A stretch of DNA of 64,000 nt from Euglena gracilis (taxonomy: Eukaryota). The position numbers were made by a program, and so were the translations under genes. The notes beneath the pieces were generated by a model. That model saw only the letters and a program-made list of their open reading frames with translations. It searched no databases and was not told the origin of the DNA. The DNA lies in contig CP154954.1 of assembly GCA_039621445.1 (NCBI GenBank), positions 39,145,816 through 39,209,815 of the forward strand, in the 5' to 3' direction. Every line of letters starts with the position of its first letter. The stretch's first letter is position 1. Positions 38,013 through 51,200 of this stretch are shown here, piece after piece.

Positions 38013-38499
38013 ACAAAAATTTTTGGGTTTTGATTTCTGCTCGGACCAAAAGTTCCATGGGGGGTAGGCAAAGTGAAGGGTCTGGCGAAAATACGTTTTC
38101 TTGCCAGCTTTCCCATGAACCCTTTCCTACTTTGCACAACATTCCGAGCGGAAAGTTGGAGTGGGGGGTGGGGGACCCGAAAATTTTCCGGGTACCGACC
38201 AGGAAGGCAGATGGGCAGGGGGGGGCAGGGTTGATCAGGTCCTACCTCCATCTGTTCATCAGCCCAGAGGTCCGTGCCCTCGGACCTCGGGCTCCCCTGC
38301 TCCATGTCCGAACCGGCCGAATAGTCGGCTATGGGCCTTTTAGAGGTATAAACGGATTTCAACGTGCGCACCGCCATGCGGGCTTCGTCAAAATTGGTAT
38401 CCGTGGTCTCATCCCCCTCCCTGACCGAAGCCGGGGTGTCATCCTCCAAACAAGATATCTTGAAAACGACTTTATGGCGGTTGGAGGAATGACCCTTGT

Positions 38500-41400
38500 C
38501 ACCGCGATTCATACCGCGATGACGTTGGCCAGGGCGCGGAGAACGAGAACGTGGACATTTGGATGAGTGGTCATCACTCGATCCACAAAGCGAACACCGA
38601 GATTTGTGTCGCGAATATGGATAACGGGGGGATCGGTTTCCCGATTTCCCGTCAAACCGTCGTGGTGACCGGGTATCCCGTCGACCATGACCGGTGTATC
38701 AGGGTTTTCCCAATGAGGATCGCGAAGAGGATGATCCGCTTCGTGAACGCGATCGCGATGCCTCGCGATAAGGATCACGCTTCTTGGCCGGGGCACCGGG
38801 TGACCTACCCCGAGGGGTACCGTGTTTCCGCTCATCGCGGAACGGGATCCGGGGGCTAATACCACCGGAACGGGGACCCGATGACTGTGAATTGCCCGAT
38901 TGGCGTGAAAGCGCGGAGGAACCCAAACCCGGTGATGAGGTCGAGCCTCGCGGGCTCTGAACACGCTTTTGTGCTTCTGGATTAGGGCACTCCCGAGACA
39001 TATGTCCCGATTTGTCCCAAAAAGCACACTTTATCCGTGGCTTGGTCCGAAGAACGCGGGTATCGCGTTTTCAATCCCGTGGCGGGTGAAGTGGGTGAAA
39101 CCGGTGATTTTTGCAATGCGTTTACCGAACCAGCCGGTAATCCAGTGGTTGGGTGTGCATTATACGCGGATTGAATCTGACCAAGAAGCTGTGATAGCTT
39201 CAACTGCTTGGAAACATAATTCCAGCGTTGGTGAAGAGTCATGGGATGACTCGCCAACTCCTCACGGTGGATATCCTTAATGAGGCTAGGCGTGAAATGC
39301 ATGAGAACAGAGTCAAACTGTTCGCGCATTTGCTTTTCACTGAGTTCATCCACTTCAGCAGCAAGTCCTAACCATTTGGCATACCATTGGTCAATGGACT
39401 TCCACTTGCGATCGGGTGGGGCGCATTGCCGCCACTTGGTCTCTAGAGTAATCCTAGCGACCAAACTTGAACTGGTGGAAGCGTATTGCTCCACCAGGTC
39501 ATCAAAGGAAACGCGGTAGCGAATGACGAGTTGTCGCGCGCGCTCCTTCTCATCCTCTGGGAGGCAATCGATGAATTCCATCTTGATCACCTCCGGGTTT
39601 GTGTCCTGGGTTGGCCCCTTCAATGCCCAGTAGTACTCCCAGTCCCGGAAAAACTGTCTTCATGTGGTTGGATCACCGTCCCACTGGGGTTTCACCTTGT
39701 TCGCGATTGCGATGGTGCCTTTGAAGTCTTTCTGAGAAACCCAATGACCCTCGGTGGTATTCTGTGGATTCGGGCCCGGGTACGCTCGAGCACCAAGCGT
39801 ATCCTTTCCGGATTCTTGTCGGAATCGCGAAATTTCTGGTGAAGGTGAATCCTGGTACCGGATCTCCGGTCGCAAACCCTGTTGGTCACCCGTAATAGGG
39901 GGACACTCCGGTGTGGGGGTATGTCGTGCATGCAACATGTGACCCACTCCCAGTGTACAGGTTTGGCACATTCTACGCACAAGCATGGAATGATGGATTT
40001 CTTGGTGGAGACTTGGCGGAATCGCCGTGTTTTCCGAAAATTCGGTTCCCTTATTGGGAAATTCATCCGAAAACTGGGTTTGGGTTGTGGGCAAGGCCAA
40101 TGGTGGCACAATTCGCGGAATCGCGGGTTGTGACACTCGGGACACGGGTGGTGGTGGTGGTGCATGTGCACCTAGATTCGGGTTGTGAAAACGCGAATCT
40201 GGAACATTTGGCGCATCTTCGGCAATGCATACTGTCGAATTTCGGTTTGAAACCCGCTGTTGGTTGGACACATTGTCCAGACCCACAGACAAGTCATGCA
40301 CACTATGCTGCAAATGCTCAGCGAGTTGGAGTTGGCCGCAAATACGGTCAACCTCATCCTCCAAAGCGCGAATATGCTTGCGGTAACGGGAAAAGTCATC
40401 CGTGTGCAGAATCCTTTCGGATATTCCGGTGACATCTTGGACAAGTTTCCCGTGAGACTCATCCAGTAATTGGAGTTGTCCCGTTAATGCTTTTACAGCT
40501 TTTGAGAGAATCTGCAAAGGTGGTGTCACCTTGGTTGGTGTGGTAGTGGATACAACCGGTGCAGGGTCATCCGACAACGTGTTTGTGGTACCCACGGGCA
40601 AATTTCCGGGTTGTGGCTTATCCAAAAACGCGGAAATTCGCTCATCCAACCTGGTAATCTCACCTTTCGTGGATCGGGCATTCCGATTCACCGATTCTTC
40701 AAGCCGTAATAGGCTGTTGCAAAAATCTTGCAAGGTTTCCTGATTGTCGGTGAGCATTTTTTCAGAAAATGCCTCGAAATTAGGTTTCTAGGTATTCCGT
40801 GAACTGGAACCTGCAGGCAAAGACTGCATTTCCGTTAATTTCGTAGAAACCGATGCATACCGGGTCTGGAGTTCCCCAATAGCAGTCTGAATACCGCTAA
40901 TGTCCGGAACTCGGTGGGAAAGTGCGGAATTGCTTTGTTGCAAACCCGCAATGGCTGAGTTAATCCCGCCAATGTCGGACTGCAACTGCAATCGCAGGGA
41001 ATCCTGCCGTTGCGCCATTACCGCGACTTTCGCGCTCAGATTGGATAATCCAACCTGATTTGCGTCACAATAGCGGGTTTTCTGCTCCAAACGGGAAAGT
41101 CGCTCCTCCAACTGCCGCACATACGTGTGGGGAGCAAAATTATCGTTGGCTTGTGACTGGAATTGCCCAAACTTTTCCGTTTCATCGCACAACAGCATAA
41201 TGGGGTGTTGCGATTCATGGAAAGTTGCGGATAGGGTGGTGAAATGGTCCATAGACACAAATCCACCAGAACTGGATGTTGCAGACGAGGAATCTCGTGC
41301 ATGCAACTGTTGTTGCAAATGCAACAACGCGGATGAACAGGACTCCATTTGTCCCGATAGGTGTTGTAGTGAGTCATGCAAGTGCAGAAACTTGGAGTCA

Positions 41401-42308
41401 TTCCGCGTTTCCGCTTCATGCATGCATTTACTAATTTGCCGGAAGTTCTGCGGGAGTTGTTGGCACATTTTGTCAAAGGTTTCCCGAAAGTTTGCAAGGT
41501 CAATACCCGCACTTTCAAAATTCCTCTGGCAATATTTGCCAACTTCCTGCAAGTAATTCCAGCAGTGTTCCAGCTTGGTGAAGACATGTCTCTGGTTGTC
41601 CTCATCAAACTGAAGCACTTTGTTCAGTGCGGTTGCACATTCTGCAACGCATTGTTGCACATGGTGGAACTGCCTCACAAGGGGGTGATCCCCTGGAAGC
41701 CGAGCAACGATATCGTGCACATCCTCAGCAGTGAGGAGCTCACCAGTGCCCTTCCCATAGCCATCCATTGGTTGGGATGTACCGGAGAATTCCGGTACCA
41801 CTAGACGAGTCTCCACTTGCCAAGGCAGTGCCGGATAGCACCCAAGATCGGGTGGTGGTGGCAAAGCTCTGTAAGGGTTTGCCGGTGGAAGAGCGGGTGG
41901 GGGTTGAAAGAAACACGGGGTTTTTAGTCCACCATCACCAGAGAAGCCCGGTGGCGGAATCACCACGGGTCTGTCTGGTGTATGCAGCTGCACCATTGCC
42001 GCAAACGGAGGCGAATACCCCCGTTGTGGCAAGGTGAGTGCGGAAGAGGCCGCATTGGCCTCTGAGGCCAATGATGTGGAGGGCTCATCGCCGACCACTG
42101 TCAATGATGACAATTGTTGCAGTCTTGACAATTGAGCCAATTGTGCCTCATCGGCGTGGGAAATGGAAGCACTTTCACATAATAGCTTCCAATCCCCTGT
42201 TTCTTGGTCAATGTCTTGCAATGATGCCAGTAATAAGGCATAGTTGAATTGATGGTTGGGGCTTGTGCTTTTCATCTTTCTGATGGCAAAAACAACAAAA
42301 ACCCACAA
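38500..42308 (-). pseudogene. gag: Element A gag-like region (coiled coils, capsid-like helical region, degenerate CCHC, RS-rich tail)
   Basis: ORFs 42308-40788, 40757-39660, 39623-38982 and 39001-38699; frameshifted CF..DKSGHMSREC knuckle near 38986-39027. Confidence 0.8.
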
Positions 42309-42465
42309 AACTAAGCAGTTGTGCTGGCACCAGAGGGGCTGTAACGGGTAATACCGTACAGAGCCTTCCGGAGCTTGCTCGTCTGCTTAGACGTTGACTA
42401 GAAGCCGGGAGCTGACGCTGCGACCGTGATAACGGTGCAGGGGCCCTCCGCTGCCAGTCAGCGTA

Positions 42466-42618
42466 GGATCGAACCAATCTGCTACCAAGTGTAAAACCTG
42501 GAAGCTTTTCTTTCTGTGAAGTATGTGTAGGATCGTAACCAAATCTGCTACCAAGTGTAAACCTGGTACCTTTTCTTTCTGTGAAGTATGTGTAGGATCG
42601 TAACCAAATCTGCTACCA
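42466..42618 (-). promoter_or_regulatory. Triplicated primer-binding site (initiator tRNA-Met-like) of element A
   Basis: TGGTAGCAGATT(T)GGTT(A)CGATCC at 42595-42618, 42530-42553 and 42466-42487, in 64-65-nt tandem units. Confidence 0.88.
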
Positions 42619-42931
42619 AGTGTACGTCTGATTCCCCAATTCCCCTTTCCCAATTCCCAAAAGCCTTCGCTTTCGCCTTGGCGCACCTACTTGGGAACTG
42701 AAAATCAGAGTAACAGAAAACCCTTTTCCCACTTCCCAAGAAGCAAAGCACAGAGCAATGCAGGGAGGACGGACTGGATATCCAAGTCCGGTCCGGAGAA
42801 AAGGAAGACAAACAGAATAAAGAATACCACCTGTGGAGAGAGAAGGGGCACCCATTAGGAAATCCTAATAGGATCTGCTTCCATCCTAACTTCCTCAACG
42901 GAAGGGGACAGAAGCATACGCCTGGTACACA
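42619..42931 (-). repeat. 5' LTR of element A
   Basis: Near-identical to 12990-13301. Confidence 0.95.
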
Positions 42932-45900
42932 CCAGCAGCCCTTTGCTTGCTTCGGCCGCACCAGCAGCCATTTGCTTGCTTCGTCCGCACTAGCAGCCAT
43001 TTGCTTGCTTTTGCCGCGCCAGCAGCCATTTGCTTGAGTCGGACGCACTAGGAGCCGTTTGCTTGCTTCGACCGCGCCAGCAGCCATTTGCTTGCTTCAG
43101 CCGCGCCAGCGGCCATTTGTTTGCTTCGGCCGCACTAGCAGCCATTTGCTTGCTTCAGCCGCCCCAGCAGCCATTTGCCTGTTTCGGACTGGCCACTTTC
43201 TTGCTTTGGTGTGCTTGCAACCATTTGCTTACTTCAGACCGGCCATTTGCTTGCTTCGGCCGCGCCAGCAGGCATCTGCTTGCTTCGACCGCACTAGCAG
43301 CCACTGGCTTGCTTCGGCCGCACCAGCAGCCATTTGCTTGCTTCGGCCACACCAGCAGTCATTCGTTTGCTTCAACCGCACTCGCAGCCATAGCCATTAG
43401 CTTGCTTCGGCCGCACCAGCATTTGCTTGCTTTGACTACACAGGCCATTTGCTTGCTTCGGCCGCACTAGCGGCCATTTGTTTGCTTTGGCCTCGCCCGT
43501 GGCCATTTGCTTGCTTCGGCTGCGCCAGCAGCCATTTGATTGCTTCGGTCGCACTATCGGCCATTAGCTTGCTTCGGCCGCACTAGCAGCCATTTGCTTG
43601 CTTCGACCACACCGGTCATTTGCTTGCTCCGGCCGCGCTAGCGGACATATGCACGCTTCGGAAACGCTATCAGCCATTTGCTTGCTTCGGCCGCGCCAGC
43701 AGCCATTTGCTTGCTTTGGTGTGCTTGCAACCATTTACTTGCTTCAGACCAGCCATTTGCTTGCTTCGGCCGCCGTATCAGCCATTTGCTTGCTTCGACC
43801 ACACCGGCAATTTGCTTGCTTCGGCCGCACTAGCATCCATTTGCTTGCTTCGGCCGCACTAGCAGCCATTTGCTTGCTTTGGTGTGCTTGCAACCATTTA
43901 CTTGCTTCAGACCAGCCATTTGCTTGCTTCGGCCGCCGTATCAGCCATTTGCTTGCTTCGACCACACCGGCAATTTGCTTGCTTCGGCCGCACTAGCATC
44001 CATTTGCTTGCTTCGGCCGCACCAGCAGCCATTTGCTTGCTTCGGCCGCACCAGCAGCCATTTGCTTGCTTCGGCCGCACCAGCAGCCATTTGCTTGCTT
44101 CGGCCGCACTAGCAGCCATTTGCTTGTTTCAGCCGCACTAGCAGCCATTTGCTTGCTTCAGCCACACCAGCAGCTACTAGCTTGCTTCGGCAACACGGCC
44201 ATTTGCTAGCTTCGGCCGCCTAGCAGCCATTTGCATTTGCTCGCTTCTGCAACGTTAGCAGCCATTTCCTTGCTTCGGCCACACTAGCAGCCATTTGCTT
44301 GCTTCGTCCACACCTGCCATTTGCTTGGTTCGGCCGTACCAGCAGCCATTTGCTTGCTTCGGACCGACAATTTGCTTGCAGCCATTTGCTTGCTTCCATC
44401 ACACCGGCAAACATTTGCTTGCTCCGGACCGGCCATTTGCTTGCTTTGGTGCGCTTGCAGCATTTGCTTGCTTCGGCCACACCAGCAGTGATTTGTCTGC
44501 TTCAACCGCACTCGCAGCCATAACCATTAGCTTGCTTCGGCCGCACCAGCATTTGCTTGCTTTGACCACACAGGCCATTTGCTTGCTTCGGCCGCACTAG
44601 CGGCCATTTGCTTGCTTCGGCCGCACTAGCGGCCATTTGTTTGCTTCGGCCGCACTAGCAGCCATTTACTTGCTTCGGCCGCACCAGCAGCCATTTGCTT
44701 GCCTCGGCCGCACTAGCGGCCATTTGCTTGCATCGGCCGCCGTAGCAGCCACTTTTTTTTGCTTTCTTCGGCCATTTTTGCTTGCTTTGGCCGCACTAGC
44801 AGCCATTTGCTTGCTTCGGCCGCACTAGCAGCCATTTGCTTGCTTCGGCCACACCGGCCATTTGCTTGCTTCGGGCGCGCCAGCAGCCATTTGCCTGCTT
44901 CGGACTGGGCACTTTCTTGCTTTGGTGTGCTTGCAACCATTTGCCTATTTCAGACCGGCCATTTGCTTGCCTCGGCCACACCGGCCATTTGCTTGCTTCG
45001 GCCGCACCAGCTGCCCTTTGCTTGCTTCGGCCGCCGGTGAAGCCATTTGCTTGCTTCGGCCGCGCCAGCAGCCATTAGCTTGCTTCAGCCACACCGGCCA
45101 TTTGCTTACTTCAGCCGCACCAGCGGCCATTTGCTTGCTTCGGCCGCCGGTGAAGCCATTTGCTTGCTTCGGCCGCACCAGCGGCCATTTGCTTGCTTCG
45201 GCCGCACCAGCAGCCATTTGCTTGCTTCGGCCGCACCAGCAGCCATTTGCTTGCTTCGGCCACACCGGCCATTTGCTTGCTTCGGCCGCACCAGCAGCCA
45301 TTAGCTTGCTTCGGCCGCGCCAGCAGCCATTTGCCTGCTTCGGACTGGCCACTTTCTTGCTTTGGTGTGCTTGCAACCATTTGCTTACTTCAGACCGGCC
45401 ATTTGCTTGCTTCGGCCATACCGGCCATTTGCTTGCTTCGGCCGCACCAGCAGCCCTTTGCTTGCTTCGGCCGCGCCAGCAGCCATTTGCTTGCTTCGGT
45501 GGCGCCAGCAGCCATTTGCTTGCTTCGGCCGCGCCAGCAGCCATTTGCTTGCTTCAGCCGCGCCAGCGGCCATTTGCTTGCTTCGACCGCACTAACAGCC
45601 ATTTGCTTGCTTCAGCCGCGCCAGCGGCCATTTGCTTGCTTCGACCGCACTAACAGCCATTGGCTTGCTTCAGCCGCCCCAGCAGCCATTTGCCTGCTTC
45701 CGACTGGCCACTTTCTTGCTTTGGTGTGCTTGCAACCATTTGCTTACTTCAGACCGGCCATTTGCTTGCTTCGGCCGCGCCAGCAGGCATCTGCTTGCTT
45801 CCGCCGCACTAGCAGCCATTGGCTTGCTTCGGCCGCACCAGCAGCCATTTGCTTGCTTCGGCCACACCAGCAGTCATTTGTTTGCTTCAAACGCACTCGC

Positions 45901-46650
45901 AGCCATAGCCATTTGCTTGCTTCGGCCGCACCAGCATTGGCTTGCTTTGACCACACAGGCCATTTGCTTGCTTCGGCCGCACTAGCGGCCATTTGTTTGC
46001 TTTGGCCTCGCCCGTAGCCATTTGCTTGCTTCGGCCGCGCCAGCAGCCATTTGCTTGCTTTGGTGTGCTTGCAACCGTTTGCCTGCTTCAGACCGGCCAT
46101 TTGCTTGCTTCGGCCGCCGTATCAGCCATTTGCTTGCTTCGACCACACCGGCAATTTGCTTGCTTCGGCCGCACCGGCAGCCATTTGCTTGCTTCGGCCG
46201 CACCAGCAACCATTTGCTTGCCTCGGCCGCAGTAGCAGCCATTTGCTTGCTTCGGCCGCACTAGCAGCCATTTGCTTGCTTCAGCCACACCAGCAGCTAC
46301 TAGCTTGCTTCGGCAACACCGGCCATTTGCTAGCTTCGGCCGCCTAGCAGCCATTTGCTCGCTTCTGCAACGTTAGCAGCCATTTCCTTGCTTCGGCCAC
46401 ACTAGCAGCCATTTGCTTGCTTCGTCCACACCCGCCATTAGCTTGGTTCGGCCGCACCAGCAGCCATTTGCTTGCTTTGGACCGACAATTTGCTTGCAGC
46501 CATTTGCTTGCTTCCATCACACCGGCAACCATTTGCTTGCTCCGGACCGGACATTTGCTTGCTTTGGTACGCTTGCAGCCATTTGCTTGCTTCGGCTAAA
46601 CTAGCAACCATTTGCTTGCTTCGGCCACACGGCCATTTGCTTGCTTCGGT
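42932..46650. repeat. ~29-bp satellite, right arm
   Basis: Same unit and orientation as 8440-12989; resumes in register after the LTR. Confidence 0.98.
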
Positions 46651-48281
46651 CATGCCACCCTGGCAAATGGTTATAGATGCCTGGCTGTACATCATACGTT
46701 TGATAGATGGGCCCAACTGGCACCCTGGCATTGCGGGAAAAAAAACATCAAGCCGGACTAAAACTTCGGGAAATGCCAATTGAACGTCAATGCAAAACTT
46801 TGAGGAAAACAAACAGTGGCAAAACCACCACCAAAGGGGACGCCAGGCAGACTGCTGCGGCAACGCTGGCCACCTTCCCCGCTGCCCCACGGCAGAACGG
46901 GAAGGTCTGGTGGGCGTCGTTCGCCCCCCCCCCAACCAATTTTGAGAAAACGGCAATTTTGGCCGGGGAAAACGTTTGAAATGCATGCTTTTTAGGTGGA
47001 AAACAACAATTTTTCACAAAAATACTGGAAAAACACGGTTCAGAAACTGGTACTTTTTTGAAAGGGGTTGAAAGAAACGAAAGACAAAAAAAGTGAAGAA
47101 AAGCTTGGCACAATCAAATTTTTCACTGAGATTTATTCTCTGGAAAAAAATTTGGGGTCCAGATATTGGTGCTCCTTGAAATACAAGAAGGCGGCGGGGG
47201 GGGAACCCTCCACCGACCACCCTGGCTGTTTTGGCCGATACCGGTTCTGCCCTACGCCGCCCTGCCGGCCCCCCGCGTCGATGCGGTGGCGCCGGCGGTG
47301 GAAGGGGGGGGAGGGTGTGGGCCGCCGGCGACGCGGGGACGTCCTCGACCTGCACACCACCAAAGGAGGGGAGTGACGGGGGGCACTGGTTCTCTGGGAC
47401 GCAATGGCAAAATGCCCTCCCGCCTGCCTGGTGCGAAACGCCAAATTACTGAACGTATGTTTCTTTTTGACCCAGAAACAGCCGGCAAATTGTGGGACGG
47501 GGATTGCCTCAATGCCAAGAACTTGGGGGGGGGGTGCCAAAATGTGGGACCAGCTGACCCCCCCAAACCCCATTATCACAGGGTTCAACGGGCCACAATA
47601 ATGAAATCTTGGTAATTTTTTCGGTGTAAATCAGGGCGGGGGCGTGATGGTCGTGGCCAGATTGCCTCAATGCCAAGAACTGGGGGGTGCCAAAAAAAAA
47701 CGCGACCAGCCCCCGGGACCAGGTCGGCTGGGTTCCCCACCACCAAAAACGCCATTTTTGCCGGAACCGTTTGAACAAATGCCCCAAAGGCAATTGGGGG
47801 GGGGGGGTTAATTGGGGGCAAACAGAAAAATGGCAATTGGTGAACTGGATGAAATACTGGATCATTTTCAAGTGTGAGATTGAGGCAAATTTTCCAGGAA
47901 ATGAACAGAAAAGATGTGGGTATTTGAAATTCGATCGAAGGGTGCAGACAAAAAGGGGTTTGAGGTGTGCTCTTGCCCAAGGATGAGAGGTTAGCGAACA
48001 TCCTCCACAGGGTTTTCCTTTTCCAGTTATCCCCCAACGGGGACTGCATCAAAAGCTTTAGGACACATTTCACAAGATTTTGGTTCCCGACCAGGCTTTT
48101 GCTTAAGGACCCCCGGGGGGGTACCGGCTAGCCAATCGGCTATACACTGGAAAAAGTGGACTAGCTAGACCCCCCTCCCCCCGAGGGGGGGGGGTCCGGG
48201 GGGTCCCCCGGACAGGAAAAATGAGGTTTTTAACAGGTTTTTGGCTGACTTTGTTCCAAAAATTCCCATTCCAAAAACCCC

Positions 48282-51200
48282 GCAGTTGGAGGAGCGACTT
48301 CCCCGTTTGGAGCAGAAAACCTGCTATTATGACGCGAATCAGGTTGGATTCTCCAATCTGAGCGTGAAAGTCGCAAAAATGGCACAACGGCAGGAATCCC
48401 TGCAGTTGTATTTGCAGTCCGACATTGGCGGGATTAACTCCGCCATTGCGGGTTTGCAACAAAGCTATTCCGCACTTTCCCACCGAGTTCCGGACATTAG
48501 TGGTATTCAGACTGCTATTGGGGAACTCCAGACCTGGTATGCATCGGTGTCTACCAAAATTACGGAAATGCAGTCTTTGCCTGCAGGTTCCAGTTCACGG
48601 ATTATCGAGAACCCTGATTTCAAGGCATTTTATGACAAAATGCTCACTGACAATCAAGAAACCTTGCAAGATTTCTGCAACAGCCTATTACGGCTTGAGG
48701 AATCGGTGAATCGGAATGCCCAATCCACGCCAAATTTTTTGTGCAAAAGTCAAACTTCTCATTGACACTGGTTGTCGCATTGCACTACTTTTTCGGTTCG
48801 GGTTGATACCGACCCCCCTCTTGGTGAAAGCCAAGAAGCCGATCAAAATTACGACGGCTGACAACGCCCCCATGTGCGGTGGTGACTTGGGATGCATTTT
48901 GGACTTAGTCCTACCCCTCATCCCCAAGCACCACTCACACCCCCCCCAACCGCAAAATTTTCCGGATAGCTGGGGATACGAATCCGGAATCCATGGGTCT
49001 GACGTAATTCTGGGATACCCCTTTTTACGTCAGCACCGGCTGGTAGTGGATTGCCACTCCCACGGTTTGCGCACATCACCATTCTCTTCATTGCCCCCCA
49101 AACCTTCATCACCTGTGGCGTCATCCACGACAGCCACCAATCTTTCCACACCGTTTTCGAAAACTTTTACCCCGTTACCAACCACACCTACCAACGTTTT
49201 CCACACCGGGTGTACCGAGAGAGTTCACCTCCTGCCCATCCACACACCAACTTCCGTTCCCCATGAGGCAGGGCAAGCAAGTAGCGGTACCCCTCGTTCC
49301 ACTGGGTTACAAGACGAAAGCCCAAAGGCCTGAAGTGATCACGGTGTCGAGTAGTCGCCCAGCTGCACCAATACCCCGTTTTCCACCAGATGTATCGCTT
49401 TCAGATACACCTGTACGCCCCCCAGCAGCTACACAAGCGCAACCCAACTTTTACACACAACCCCACCAGACAAACATGCGCGACCAGGACCACTACTCCG
49501 ACACTTCCTACCAATGTGTGCACTGTAGGAGAATTTCCGTCCAGCGAGAATTCGATTGTGGATGTTTAGTCCAAACATCAACACTAATCCCGATTTCGCG
49601 AACCCATACACTTGGTTGCGGATCGCAATGCGCGACCGTACATCAAGTGCTGCAACAACGAGGAATTGCCTTGTTGTTTGGGACCGCGAAATCCGTGTCA
49701 CAAACCTCCGCCACCTCCATCTGGCATGATATGTACTGGGTATGCACCCATCCAACCCATCAACCCTTGGGAATGCCCCTTAGGAGTGTGGATGACACAC
49801 CCTTGGCCTATGTTTGCGGATCCCTGAATGGCGTTACCGCTCTTCAACCTGCGAACCAGGTGGACACATACGCGATGCGCGTATGGAACGCATTTAATTT
49901 TGGTCAATACCGTATTTTGGAGGAATGGTTCTCCAAAATCGCGGTTTTGGCTGATTCCTTCGATTTGTCGTTGGAAATTGATGCGTTTTCATCACAAGCA
50001 CATGCACGCTTGTCGCGACATTGGTCGCGACACTCCAACACATTCCTTAAAATTTGGGGTGATACGGTGCTTTGGTTGAACCCTCCCCCTAAACTTATTC
50101 CGGATGTGGTGGAGAAAGTACTACGCGATGAAGCGCGAGGAGCTCTCCTCATACCCGCCAATCCGAATGCGGATTGGTTTCACCAATTCTCCTATGTATG
50201 TTTTCATTGGTGGGATTTACCCGCTGATGTACCACTATTCGAGGATTTTTGTGGTATATTATTACCACCTGTTAAAGAAATTATTTTTCACGTTTGTTTC
50301 CTCTACGCATTCGGAATATCCGATTTGCGTGTGCCAAAATACCTTGGTACCAGTAGGGATGCCACACTCTCAACGCAGATTTCTGCGGTTATTGAGAGTG
50401 CGGACCAACACCCCAAGTCTGCTGACTATTGTTCGTGAATTACTCGCGAATTCCATGGTGTACTGGATAACCCAGTTTACGCCCGCGACATCAACCCCGC
50501 GATTCACGGTCCGTTCGGTATTTGCAAAATCGAGCTCAAGGATGGCGCTAAGCCCATGCACCGGAAATTCTTCCGTTGTTCGGTTAAACGCGAACAAGCT
50601 CTCAACGAGATGATTGAGAAGCTCATCCAGCGGAAGTGGTGCTGGTGCTGGATTACCGGTACCTGAACTCCCAAACGAAGGATGACCCCTTCCCGTTACT
50701 GCTGATCGAAGATTTGATCGCCAAACAATCGGATAACCGGTTGTGGTCAATCTTTGATCTAGAAGACGGTTTTCATCAGATGCATTTGCACCCTGATTCA
50801 CAACCGTACACGGCATTCGTGACATCCAAGGGTGTGTACCAATGGACGGTACTCCCTATGGGTGTTAAGAATGGCCCAGCCATGTTTCAACGCATGATCC
50901 AGTGGGTTTTGCGCGAATTACCGTTTGCTCTGGTGTACATCGATGATGTACTGGTGGGAACCCAACCGCCATCCGCGAAATCGGGCAAGGATATCCTCGA
51001 ACCGCATTATCGCGATGTGCGGGCGGTATTATCCGCGTTCAAAAAGCATGTGCTTTTTGTCGAGGGTTCCAAAATGCACCTGTTTCGCAAAATTATTAAG
51101 TTTTGCGGGCATATCCTGAGCAACGGGCAGCGTAAAGCCGCACCCAGCAAGATGGAGGCCATTAAAAAATGGACTCCTGAGGTCATTAAGACCTTAACGC

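Larger units (their letters stand above)
12990..42931 (-). mobile_element. Ty3/gypsy chromovirus LTR retrotransposon, family A (~16.4 kb excluding nested B)
   Basis: Paired ~312-bp LTRs, PBS at 42595-42618, PPT at 13302-13311, domain order gag-PR-(MTase)-RT-RH-IN-chromo on the minus strand. Confidence 0.95.

Noticed and set aside
42466-42618. Possible tandem tRNA genes
   Set aside because: Only the 3' ~24 nt, including CCA, resemble tRNA; there are no D or anticodon arms, and the position identifies them as PBS copies.
46650-48281. ~40-bp direct repeat (47502/47660) and G/C palindromes after TTAA at 48103, suggesting a DNA-transposon end
   Set aside because: No matching second terminus or transposase is present in the window.
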